DNA from: the human T2T-CHM13v2.0 reference genome, Homo sapiens
Direction: 5' to 3' (one strand)
Assembly: GCF_009914755.1 (NCBI RefSeq)
Contig: NC_060932.1
Length of the DNA stretch: 64,000 nt
The notes under the pieces were generated by a model. The model saw only the letters and a program-made list of their open reading frames with translations, ran no database searches and had not been told where the DNA came from. The position numbers and the translations under genes were made by a program. Below are positions 41,390-58,578 of this stretch, in pieces; positions within the stretch are counted from its first letter, which is position 1, and the number at the start of each line of letters is the position of its first letter.

Positions 41390-41469
41390 AATAAAATCAC
41401 AATCTTAGGAGAAAGAATAAAATTGTTATTTTCCCAGTCTCTTGGCCATGATGATATCTTATGATTAAA
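41390..41469 (+). terminator. Candidate proximal poly(A) signal cluster
   Basis: AATAAA at 41390-41395 and 41416-41421, ATTAAA at 41464-41469; usage cannot be shown from sequence. Confidence 0.35.
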
Positions 41470-42436
41470 AACAAATTAAATTTTAAAACACCTGAAGATA
41501 TATTAGAAGAAATTGTGCACCCTCCACAAAACATACAAAGTTTAAAAGTTTGGATCTTTTTCTCAGCAGGTATCAGTTGTAAATAATGAATTAGGGGCCA
41601 AAATGCAAAACGAAAAATGAAGCAGCTACATGTAGTTAGTAATTTCTAGTTTGAACTGTAATTGAATATTGTGGCTTCATATGTATTATTTTATATTGTA
41701 CTTTTTTCATTATTGATGGTTTGGACTTTAATAAGAGAAATTCCATAGTTTTTAATATCCCAGAAGTGAGACAATTTGAACAGTGTATTCTAGAAAACAA
41801 TACACTAACTGAACAGAAGTGAATGCTTATATATATTATGATAGCCTTAAACCTTTTTCCTCTAATGCCTTAACTGTCAAATAATTATAACCTTTTAAAG
41901 CATAGGACTATAGTCAGCATGCTAGACTGAGAGGTAAACACTGATGCAATTAGAACAGGTACTGATGCTGTCAGTGTTTAACACTATGTTTAGCTGTGTT
42001 TATGCTATAAAAGTGCAATATTAGACACTAGCTAGTACTGCTGCCTCATGTAACTCCAAAGAAAACAGGATTTCATTAAGTGCATTGAATGTGGCTATTT
42101 CTCTAAGTTACTCATATTGTCCTTTGCTTGAATGCAATGCCGTGCAGATTTATGTGGCTGCTATTTTTATTTTCTGTGCATTACTTTAACACCTTAAAGG
42201 GAGAAGCAAACATTTCCTTCTTCAGCTGACTGGCAATGGCCCTTTAACTGCAATAGGAAGAAAAAAAAAAAGGTTTGTGTGAAAATTGGTGATAACTGGC
42301 ACTTAAGATCGAAAAGAAATTTCTGTATACTTGATGCCTTAAGATGCCCAAAGCTGCCCAAAGCTCTGAAAGACTTTAAGATAGGCAGTAATGCTTACTA
42401 CAATACTACTGAGTTTTTGTAGAGTTAACATTTGAT

Positions 42437-42490
42437 AATAAAACTTGCCTGTTTAATCTCAATGTTTGCGATTTTTTTTTGTTTTGTTAT
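42437..42490 (+). terminator. ESRP1 distal polyadenylation signal
   Basis: AATAAA at 42437-42442, CA near 42460, downstream TGTTTGCGATTTTTTTTTGTTTTGTT. Confidence 0.82.
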
Positions 42491-42675
42491 TAGAAGAATT
42501 GTACTGATGGAAGTACATAGATAAGCCATCTCTTCCTAAGATGGTGGTAGGGTTTTTCTCTAAACTTATGTATAAAAGCTACCAGTGATAAATCTACTCA
42601 AGATGGCCTGGCATGGTGGCTCACGCCTGTAATCCTAGCACTTTGGGAGGCTGAGGCAGGTGGATCACGAGGTCA

Positions 42676-42908
<233 letters not shown>

Positions 42909-43906
42909 TTATAGCAACATATATTATCAGTATCACTTGACATGCAAACTCTGTTGTTAGTATGTTTCAGTTCTGAAATTAGATTATAACCCCAAGGGCA
43001 GGGATTATGCTGTACCTTTATTTCCCTCAATGTCTAGCACTTTTTTTCTTTTTACTTCATAACATTTACATCAAATGTCTATATTTCTGTTCACCCAGTA
43101 TGTTCTTCATAAGCATTCATTGAGTGTAGCTTAGTTAACCCAGGAAAGTCTTTCAGCCCTAGTCCTTGCCAACATCACCTTATAAGAATGAAGCCATTTT
43201 ATATTAATACTTTTGGTCTTTGCCATCACGTATAGTAAAGTTCTCTAGATAAGCTGGAGTCCTCACCCAAGTTTTCCTTGCTCTAATATCTCTGGTAGGC
43301 ATTTCATGTTTTTCAGGCTGTTACCTACCTTAAGTAGAATCAAAGTTGCCTGAGCAAAGCTAGTGTTATTCATCTTGGTACAGCACCTGGTACAGCTGCT
43401 CTCTTCATGCAGAAAAGAAAATTGGCAGAAGGAAATGGAGTAAGGGTGATGAGGAAGGATGGGAGAATGAGGGAAAAGAGGACTGGGATATGTGGAAGAA
43501 CCTTAAAGTTCCACCTCTTATGTGTATACTCTTCCTCTCCCTGCATTCTCCAGCTGTCGAGGAAAACAAAAGTAGACAGAATGAACATCCATGTACTTTT
43601 TTTTTTTTTTTTTTTTTGAGATGGAGTCTTGCTCTGTCGCCCAGGCTGGAGTGCAGTGGCGTGGTCTCGGCTCACTGCATGCTCGCCTCCCAGGTTCATG
43701 CCATTCTCCTGCCTCAGCCTCCGAGTAGCTGGGACTACAGGCAGCCGCCACCACGCCGGGCTAATTTTTTGTATTTTTAGTAGAGATGGGGTTTCACCAT
43801 GTTAGCCAGGATGGTCTTGATCTCCTGACCTTGTGATCCGCCCGCCTCAGCCTCCCAAAGTACTGGGATTACAGGCGTGAGCCACCGCGCCCAGTCGACG
43901 TCCCAC

Positions 43907-44243
43907 TTTTTTACATCTGTTACTATAATGCCATGAATTCATAGGTTCCAGGAGCCCAGACTTTTTTCCATTGGTTCTCACACAGTGTGCTGCTCTGGGT
44001 GGAGTGGGCTAGTGCTTCAGCTGAACCCCGGTACCTTTCTCTTTGGCTTCCTTTTCTGATCATTTTCCTTCATGCATTTCGGGAGGCTATCTCAGCTCTT
44101 AGAGTGGTTAATATGCTCAATACACACACTGATTCTATTGGCAAGAATCTTATCCTTGTTTATAACAATGCCAACAGCATGTTGGATAACATTACAGACT
44201 CATTCAGTTTTGCCATGGTAGCTTTTATGTGGCATTCCTTTTG
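43907..44243 (-). pseudogene. RPL21 processed pseudogene fragment (5' part absent)
   Basis: Reverse strand reads [43 protein letters not shown]...KENDQK..AKEKGT.VQLK..P.PPR.AH.VRTNGK..LLEP.YEFMA, then a short A tail; stops and indels present. Confidence 0.92.
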
Positions 44244-44311
44244 TTTGTTTTAGAAAGGGTTGCTCTGTTGCCCATGCAAAAGTGCAGTGGCGCAATCATG
44301 GCTCACTGTAG

Positions 44312-44803
<492 letters not shown>

Positions 44804-44879
44804 TGAGTTCCAGCGATCTTCCCACCTCAGCCTCTGAAAGTGCTGGGATTACAGACATGAGCCACCTTGCCCAGCCCCA

Positions 44880-45390
<511 letters not shown>

Positions 45391-45759
45391 TCAATGTAGT
45401 TAGTACTCTCCTAGGTGCTCCTTCATCTACTCTGGCTCTTTTCCTAACATTGCATAAATACAGCTCATTTGTTTACAGCATCAGAGTAGGGCTTCTAGTG
45501 CTCCTTTGGTCTGCCTTTTTACTTTATATCCAGCTTGCCATTAATTTGGCAGTTGCTTTATATTGTTGCTATTCTAAAAGTGAATGCTGATACATGGATA
45601 ATAAATCTGCTTGTTTTACACTTGAATTTGAGCTAGTGTCTTATAACTGAAACCCTTTTGAAACTTAGCAGAGTCAACACTACAAACATTTTTAAAGATC
45701 AATGTAAAATACTCAACTTGTTCTGGTTCTCAGCCTCCTTTGTGATTCATTCTTTCCTA

Positions 45760-47580
<1,821 letters not shown>

Positions 47581-47634
47581 TATATTTATTCCTTCATGTG
47601 GAAACTAATGTGATTTTATATGTATATATTTATA

Positions 47635-47668
<34 letters not shown>

Positions 47669-48041
47669 TTTTTCTTTAGACAGAGTCTCACTCTGTTGCC
47701 CAGGCTGGAGTGCAGTGGCCCAATCTCGGCTCACTGCAACCTCTGCCTCCCAGGTTCAAGCCATTTATCCTGCCTTAGCCTCCTGGGTAGCTGGGACTAC
47801 AGGCATGTGCCACCAAGCCCAGCTAATTTTTGTATTTTTAGTAGAGACAGGGTTTCAGTATGTTGGCCAGGCTGGTCTCGAACTCCTGACCTCCTGATCC
47901 TTTTGCCCCAGCCTCCCAAAGTGCTGGGATTACAGGCGTGAGCCACCACACCCGGCTGATTCTATATGTTTTTTTTTTTTTTTTTTTTACCACGCCTGGC
48001 CGATTCTATATGTTTTTTTAAAAGAATTTTTATAAATGTAA

Positions 48042-48313
<272 letters not shown>

Positions 48314-48547
48314 TGATCCACCTGCCTCAGCCTCCCAAAGTGATGGGATTACAGGCATGAGCCACCGCACCCGGCCAATATTATGTTTCTTTAGCACCAT
48401 TTTGTCAATTTTTAAAATGTTAGTGGTAATCTAATTATTAATGGTATGCTTTTACATGGGAATATAAATTCAAAGAGTCACTTTTTCACTTAAGTGCACA
48501 AAGAAGACAGTTTGGTATGAAATGTACCTCTACATTATGATTTTGGC

Positions 48548-48570
48548 TGCGTCTGCCATCTACTGGACAC
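48548..48570 (-). promoter_or_regulatory. Candidate CTCF site
   Basis: Minus strand TGTCCAGTAGATGGCAGAC fits the CCASYAGRKGGCRS consensus; binding not shown. Confidence 0.6.
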
Positions 48571-48707
48571 ATCATGCTGTTGGCTTTTCAGGTTTCTATT
48601 CTCAGCCAAGGTGCCATCCAGGATTCTAACAGGATTTAAAATTTGTTCTGTTTTTAAATCATATTATAATTGATGGGAAATTGATGTTTTTTAACTGTAT
48701 TTATTTT

Positions 48708-48802
48708 AGACTGGTCAAGTGAAGCAGTGTGAATGGAGAAGAAACAAATCTGTAACTGGTTGTGATCAATTAGTTGTGAACACCACGGCACTTGAGCCAG
48801 CC
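48708..48802 (-). pseudogene. Y RNA (RNY3-type) retropseudogene
   Basis: Reverse complement GGCTGGCTCAAGTGCCGTGGTGTTCACAACTAATTGATCACAACCAGTTACAGATTT...CACTGCTTCACTTGACCAGTC matches hY3; flanked by TTAACTGTATTT (48691-48702) / TTTACTGTATTT (48803-48814) target-site duplication. Confidence 0.93.
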
Positions 48803-48859
48803 TTTACTGTATTTAAAAAAAGAAAAAGAAATGTCATAGTAGTTTCCATGTTACACATA

Positions 48860-49055
48860 CTTTTTTTTAACTTTTAAGTTCAGGGGTACAAGTGCAGGTT
48901 TGTAACACAGGTAAACTTGTGTCATGGGGGTTTGTTGTACAGATTATTTCATCACCCAGGTATTTATCTTAGTACCCATTAGTTATTTTTCCTGATCCTC
49001 TCCCTCCTCCCACCCTCCGCCCTCTGAAAGGCCCCAGTGTGTGTTGTTCCCCTCT
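48860..49055 (-). mobile_element. L1PA-type 3'-end fragment
   Basis: TTTTAAGTTCAGGGGTACAAGTGCAGGTTTGT...CAGATTATTTCATCACCCAGG...CCTCTCCCTCCTCCCACCCTCC. Confidence 0.8.
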
Positions 49056-49525
49056 ATACACATACATTTTTATAGTGATGTCACAAATTTGGTAGAAAAC
49101 TTTTTTTTCCAAAAATCATTGTGCTCCTTTGCTTTTAAGATACCTACAATTTGGAATGTGATGCATCCTCGATGCATCAGTCTGGACATGCCTAGTAAAT
49201 GATCTGCAGTGGCTGTCTGGCTGAAGAGTACTTCAGGGACAGCTCCAGGACTGCACTGGATCTGGCCTGAGCATCCAGGTCTGGCCTAAGCTCTTTGTAG
49301 GGTGGAAAAACAGCAGAAACAACTTCATCTGTCAGGGCTTTAGGAATAGCAGATTTTTTTCTGAATTAACTGAATTGAGGTACTCAGAGTCCACCTGCTA
49401 TCCAATTGCATCCCTTTTTCAAAATAAGAAAGTATTTAATCCACCATTTACACATACCAAGAAGGCCTAAGTGCAATTAATAGCAGGTAGGTGTCTTCTA
49501 ATGTGGCAGTCTCAATCTCTATAAA

Positions 49526-49699
49526 TAGGGTTGTTCGAGTTAGCAAAAACAAAATACCAAACCAAAACAAAACCCAGGATATTCAATTACATAGAAATTT
49601 CAGATAAATAACAAATCATTTTTGGTATAAGCATGTCCCAAATATTGCATGGGACATGCTCATACTAAAGTGTCCTGAATTTTTTATCTGGAAACCCTA
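49526..49699. mobile_element. MER53 palindromic hAT MITE (part of right arm deleted)
   Basis: TAGGGTTG...GGAAACCCTA termini and central TATAAGCATGTCCCAAATATTGCATGGGACATGCTCATACTAAA hairpin. Confidence 0.8.
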
Positions 49700-49901
49700 A
49701 TATAATTCACAAATATTTAAAGGGCTTACTATCTGAAAGAAGAGAGGCAAGAGTCTTGGTACAAAGTCAGCAACCTATGTTTTCTTTGCCTGGGACAAAC
49801 TTGATAACAGGCCACTTAGTTCCAATGATGTTTTGCTTTATGAGTATTGCTTCATATGACCAAGTTGATCAAAAATCTCTACCTAGAGTAGTTTTTAACT
49901 A

Positions 49902-50087
<186 letters not shown>

Positions 50088-50113
50088 TTATATATGTATA
50101 TATGTATATTTTA

Positions 50114-50332
<219 letters not shown>

Positions 50333-50575
50333 CTATTTCAAAAAAAAAGAAATAAAGAAAATGTCCTAAATCATCTAATATATCCAATTCAAGAATATTT
50401 AAATAGAATGCTTTTTTTTTTTTTTTTTGAGATGGAGTCTCGCTCTGTTACCCAGGCTGGAGTGCAGTGGCATATTTTGGCTCACTGTAACCTCCGCCTC
50501 CCACGTTCAAGAGATTCTCCTGCCTCAGTTTCCTGAGCAGCAGGGACTATAGGCACTCACACCACGCCCAGGTAA

Positions 50576-50872
<297 letters not shown>

Positions 50873-51065
50873 TGACGCCCAGCTAATTTTTTTATTTTTA
50901 GTAGGGACGGGGTTTTGCCATGTTGGCTAGGCTGGTCTTGAACTCCTGACCTCAGGTGATCCGCCCGCCTCCGCCTCCCAAAATGCTGGTATTACAGGCA
51001 TGAGCCACCGGGATTACAGGCAGGAGCCACTTGGGAGCCCAAGGTGGGCGGATCACCTGAGGTCA

Positions 51066-51406
<341 letters not shown>

Positions 51407-51578
51407 TTATTACATAATAAAGATGAAACACAATTCCATATCTTTCATAGAAGCTGAACCGACACAAGGATTTCTAACTAATTATGTTCTTTTACTACTA
51501 ATGAGGTGAAGCATATGCCAGAATAATGTTTCTTGTTTTTTGTTTTTTTGCTGCTGTTGTTTTTTTGACAGGGTCTAA

Positions 51579-51764
<186 letters not shown>

Positions 51765-52651
51765 TGAACTCCTGGGCTCGAGCGATCTGCCGGCCTTGGC
51801 CTCCCAAAAAGCTGGGATTACAGGCATGAGCCACCTCGATCAGCCTCAGAAGAATGTTTTAAAAATAGACTGCATGTATTTTTTTGGTTTCAAGTAGAGA
51901 AGTTTTAAGGCCTTCTGTTTTATATTGTTCTTACATCTTGGCAGCACTTTTTCCTGGGAACATGGAAAGCACATGATTAATTTCAAGATGGAAATATCAG
52001 AAATCATGTTCGACTCATCATTTATCACATCCAATTTGTCATCAGGCCCTGTAGATTTCATTTCCAGCATCTTTTGAATTCATTCTCTTTGAACATTTTT
52101 ATTTTCATTGCCTCATACCAGGCCTTTATTTTCTTACTCAGTTTACTATAAAAGCCTCCTAAACTACATTTGCTAAAGACTTAACTTTTTAAAACAAAGA
52201 ACATTTCACATTATGTCCTTAAAATATCCATTGCATAGAGAAGAGGTCCTCAAACTTCTAGAGAAGGCAGAAAATCACACGGCTCTTTGAATAGCTCATA
52301 AGTAAAAGACAATTTGGGAAAATTTGGGTTCTTTAGGACTGGTCAGGGTGACGCAAAATGTAATGAAATGCTCCTTCACATCTTGCATAAGAAACTAGCA
52401 GCCCATGGTTTTGCAGTGATAAAACAATCAGAGTATCGTCTGAAATCATCTTACAACCATATGTCCACTAGCCATCTGGAAACAGCTGGCCTTAGGAATT
52501 AGGAAATGGCCTACTGAAAACTCAGCTGTAATGCCTGCTGCAAGGCAACATCTTGAGTAGTTCAGGTTCTAATTCTTCTTGAATGAAATATAGATTTTTA
52601 ATAAAAACAGCCTATTTTTCTCACAGTAAGATTACACTGGTTTGAGAATAA

Positions 52652-53030
<379 letters not shown>

Positions 53031-53439
53031 TAATTATCTCTATCTTATCTTATATTTCCATTTGTTATTTTAAGAAGCTATTTTTTTTCTATCATTTTTC
53101 TTTCCCCTGTTATTGTAGAGGTCAGGCAAACTTAAAATTTAGTCCATTAGTCAACTTGAGGTGACCGTGAAGAAACTGTAGGATATTAAGACTCTAGACT
53201 TAGAAAACAGCAGACCTCAATAGCTACTATATGTTTTCCAAGAGGTGCAGCTCTTTCAGTCAGCTGATCTGATAAGCAGCATACTCAGGTACTGTTGCTC
53301 ATGTCCAGGGACCCTACCATATCCTGTGGTTTTCAGGGTCCTTATATTCTGTGCTCTCTTGGCTCTGGCACCAGGCCTTTTCTGGTCCACTGTTTCTAAC
53401 TCCTGGTAAAGTGTTGTTTTAAGGCAAAAAACATCTTTA

Positions 53440-53595
<156 letters not shown>

Positions 53596-54559
53596 CTACT
53601 AAAAGTACAAAAAATTATCCGGGCGTGGTGGTGGGCACCTGTAAACCCAGCACTTCGGGGGGCCAAGGTGGGCGGATCACTTGAGGCCAAGAGTTGGAGA
53701 CTAGCCTGGCCAACCAACATGGTGAAATCCCATCTCTACTAAAAATATGAAAATTAAGTGGTGGCTTGCGCCTGTAGTCCCAGCTACTGGGAAGGCCGAG
53801 GCACGAAAATCGCTTTAACCTGGGAGGCGGAGGTTGCAGTGAACCTAGATCGAGTCATTGCATTCCAGCCTGGGCGACAGAGCGAGACTCTGTCTCAAAA
53901 AAAAAAAAAAAAAAGTTCCTGGAACCGTTTCTGCACATCACTGAAAAATGATAGCCTCTCCCCAAATATCCTAACTTAAAGGTGCTATTAGGAGAATCTT
54001 GCTGCCTGCTAATAATGGGGTGTCCATAATTACCCCATGACTTCAGTGAATTCTCGTGCCTGTTTCTCCCGATCTAAAATGGGTATATTTCATTTACTAA
54101 ATTTACTTCTGAGTACTGTTGGGGAAAAGATCCCGGTGTTTGTTGAAGAATGCTAGATATAATGAAAGTTAAACACAGTTTAACAAATTAAAATTATTCC
54201 CTATTGCTCTGTAATATCTAATTGCACACTGCTCTACCCCAGACCATTGTATTATCTCCCCGCCCCCCCCCCCAGAATATCATGAAATGCAACATATTTG
54301 CTAAACCAGTTTTGGTGATTTAAAACAAGTTCCAAGCACAAGCTTCTTTCTTGTAATGGTCAAGTGGCCTACGAAACCAAAGCGCCAACTGAGAACGTTT
54401 TGCTGCTGCACTCTGAAATCCCAGCGAGAACGCAGGCAGCGATGGCAGTTCTGGAGCACCGGGTTCCACTTCTGCCTCTGACCGGCTTTGTGACTTCCAC
54501 CACATTAGATCTGAGTTTCCTCCATGTAAAATGGGGCGGGAATGGAGGCTGGACCTGGG

Positions 54560-55260
54560 AGGTGTCGCTGATGATCGTCTCTGACTCGCTAAGTCGCGGA
54601 GTCACAAAAGTGGCGGAAAGCATGCCCTCACTTTTTGGGAAGAGTAGGACGAGGGGCGGGGCTGCAGCGAGACCCACCAGTCTCGCTTTCCAGGGCAGGC
54701 GGCGGCCAGGAGCTACAGCTGTGGGCTGCACTCCCGGCGTGGAGTCTCCTTCCTGCCCGCGCAGGCCCCGGCGCCCCAGCGAAACGCTCCGGCCGCTCCC
54801 CTCTCCCAACACTCTGGTTCCCGGGCCGCCTGCGGGGACGCGGTTGGCGGCGACACCGGAGGGGGGTGGGTCAGGAAGTGGGGGCGCGGCGGCCAGGAGC
54901 GGGCCCCCGGAGGCCGAGGGGTTCGGCGACGCGGAGGGAGGGAGAGTCTGGGCCGCGCGGGAGCCGCAGGGCGCCCTAGCCTTCGCAGAAACGATGGCGG
55001 AGGAAGAAGGTGATTGCCGCGGGGTCCAGCGCGCCAACGGCTGCCAGTGGTCTCGGGAAGGAGGGGCGGGGGCGCTGGAGGTCTGGGTTGGAGCTGCTGG
55101 TGGCCGCGGTCGCGGTGGCGGCCGCGCGGGCAGGGCGGGAAGGAGCGCGGCGCCCAGGAGAGGACTGCGGAGAAATTCAGGAGAGCGGAGCAAATGGCCC
55201 GAAGTTTTGTCGGCCGAATTGGGAAGCAAAGGTGGAGCTGAAAGTTGGGAATCCGTAGCA
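54560..55260 (+). promoter_or_regulatory. DPY19L4: CpG island promoter of DPY19L4
   Basis: Abrupt GC/CpG-rich block; GC boxes (GGGGCGGG near 54533 and 54653), ETS-type CAGGAAGTG at 54872-54880, G-runs; contains the start codon. Confidence 0.9.
54994..55009 (+). CDS. DPY19L4: DPY19L4 coding exon 1 (MAEEE G); probable C-mannosyltransferase
   Basis: ACGATGG Kozak context; AAG|GTGATT donor at 55010; joins exon 2 to give MAEEEGPPVELRQRKKPK, which I recognise as the DPY19L4 N-terminus; DPY19L4 is the known downstream neighbour of ESRP1. Confidence 0.88.
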
Positions 55261-55960
55261 AGAGAGAAAGCTGTGCCGGGAGTGGTTGGGAAAGAGGGAG
55301 GGTCCTGATCAGATTCTTGGTGAAGTGGGAGGCGCAGTTTGGTTTCGAAGATCAGGTTTAGGTACTCAGTGCATATTTGGAATGCGATTTTTAAAGGGCT
55401 GTGGATATTGACAAACCCAGAGGCACAGGGGGCGAGGGAACATTCACCACGGGGATAAAGAGGCAGGGATTTGGGATAAACGTGGCAAGATTAATTGGGA
55501 ATGGGCGAACACGCAGAAACTGAAGAAAGCCAAGTTCACTTAGGTTCAGGGGAAAATGGTAAAGAGCAGAGCCATCTAATTATTATAGTTTTGGGAGATG
55601 ATGAGGCCAGGAGGCCTTTGAGGGTCAAAGTGGGTGAGCTGGAGAAAGGTTTCCATGCCGCCTTCAGGATCAATGCTAAGATAAGTAATTCATTCAGCAG
55701 TATTTTATTTATAGAAAATGATAAGTATGAGACAAAAATGGGAAGTTAGATGAAACTTATCGGTTAGTGATAAACAATACAAGGAATACTCATGGCATAG
55801 TAACTTCATGATAACCCCTACTAGTTTCAGGAAGTGAGAAGCAATTAGATTTTTGCATTCTGGTGGAAAACACAACTTTTTACCTTATGAGTGGAGCTGT
55901 GGATGTGATAGTAAATCGATCTAATTTAGACTCAAGCCCCCCTGCCTTTTTTTTTTTTGA

Positions 55961-56122
<162 letters not shown>

Positions 56123-56993
56123 TAGAGACGGGGTTTCTCCATGTTGGTCAGGCTGGTCTTGAACTTCTGACCTCAGGTGATCCGCCCACCTCGGCCTCCC
56201 AGAGTGCTGGGATTACAGGCGTGAGCCACGGGTCCAGCCGACTCAAGCCTTTCTGAATCAAGAGTGCAAGGAAGGAGTTTAAAGGATTCAGCGGAAAGCA
56301 ATTTTTAAAAATTAAGCATAAGAAGTGTTTACTGATGTGTGACTTGCTGACCTGTCCCTATGCAGGCTTGGTTCATATTTGTTTCCATTGAGTTTTCAGA
56401 GTGTTAAAGCTGGTCTGAATTTAAGACATTCTAACTAAAAACAGCTTCAAAAACAAAGCTATTTGTCGTTGGTGAGAAAGAATGTAATTCCATTTGTTTA
56501 CTTGGTTCTGTCTGTGGTTACAGTATATCATCATTTGAAATATTTCTTGATGTATTTTTCTTTTCTAATTGCAAATTTATGGGGGTAGGTTGATATACTA
56601 GCTTGTAGGTTCCTATGAGTACATTCATGCTTAACTTAAAGCATTAAAAAAGTTAAGACTGCATTAAAAAATCAGTACTACAATACTGAAAGTCTTTAAT
56701 ACATCATGCAAAATGAAAAATTATTTTAGACTATGGTTGTACTTAAATAGATCTGTGGAGCCAATATTAAAAGATTGTACCGTTTTGTAAATTTTACTTA
56801 CGTGATGTAAAATGATAAATGGGCGGGGCATGATGGCTCATGCCTGTAGTCCCAGCACTTTGGGAGGCCAAGGCGAGTGGATCACTTGAAGTCAGAAGTT
56901 CGAGACCAGCCTGGCTAACACAGTGAAACCCCATCTCTACTAAAAATACAAAAATCAGCCGGGTGGAGTGGCAAGTGTCTGTAGTCCCAGCTA

Positions 56994-57521
<528 letters not shown>

Positions 57522-58256
57522 TTATTCAACACATTTCTAATTCCATAAATATGTGTATTCATACCCTATTAGATGCAAGGATATAATAGTCAACAATGAA
57601 TGAGTAAATTTTCATTTATTATAATGCTAGTAATAATAATACATATAGCAAACCTGTCTGTCTATGTGCCAGGCATTCTGAGTGTTTTATGTTTATTTGT
57701 CACTCTATACTTTTTTTCCCCCAGAATCCGTATTATCTTTTGTTCGCTGTGTTAAAATTAGACTAAATAGTCTGTGTATTTTACTTGTATCCAGGTGTTC
57801 TCCGCGTCCCATCTTGCTTACCATTCACATTCACTTGGATCCTCTTCATTGTCCAAGTAAATACTCTGGGAATCTGGTCTTTAAAAAAATGTCTTCCTTG
57901 ATGCAGTAGAGGGCCAGGGTGTTTATATTTATGCTTTCTGAACGCAATGTTAGAGCAAAGAAAGAAGTGACAACCTTGAGTAGAGCAGTATTAACATTTC
58001 ACTTGGAAACTGCTATGTCTAGCCTGGATAGACATTTGAAAGTCTGTTTGTAGCCCTACTGTTTCATATGAAGATGACTGGACTGAAGTCTGAAATAGCA
58101 GGTTACTTTTGTGGATGTGTAATCATCTTCATTTAGTTTGACTTTTTCTTTACAATGCTAAAAATATCAGATAGTGAAAAGGAGTGGCCGGGCGTGGTGG
58201 CTCACGCCTGTAATCCCAGCACTTTGGGAGGCCGAGGCGGGCAAATCACGAGGTCA

Positions 58257-58578
<322 letters not shown>

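Larger units (their letters stand above)
40921..42462 (+). other. ESRP1: ESRP1 terminal exon / 3' UTR
   Basis: Strong acceptor, then ~1.5 kb of repeat-free AU-rich sequence inside an Alu-dense region, ending at AATAAA plus a GU/U-rich element; end position approximate. Confidence 0.88.

Noticed and set aside
41030-41464. 144-aa ORF in the ESRP1 3' UTR
   Set aside because: Starts at TTG, is not reached by any exon 16 reading frame (those stop by 40941), and resembles no known protein.
42331-42372. 10-nt tandem units AAGATGCCCA AAGCTGCCCA AAGCT in the 3' UTR
   Set aside because: Too short and degenerate to assign meaning.
47945-48019. Small duplication of an Alu end plus flank (GATTCTATATGTTTT twice)
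   Set aside because: Ordinary slippage beside a T tract, with no functional implication.
54369-55261. Long antisense ORFs (286 aa, 182 aa) and other + ORFs over the CpG island
   Set aside because: Pro/Ala/Arg/Gly-rich low-complexity products expected where GC richness depletes stop codons; no recognisable domain; most start at non-ATG codons.
57900-57918. Second CTCF-like word TGCAGTAGAGGGCCA
   Set aside because: Weaker match at the 3' end of the core; cannot be supported without ChIP data.
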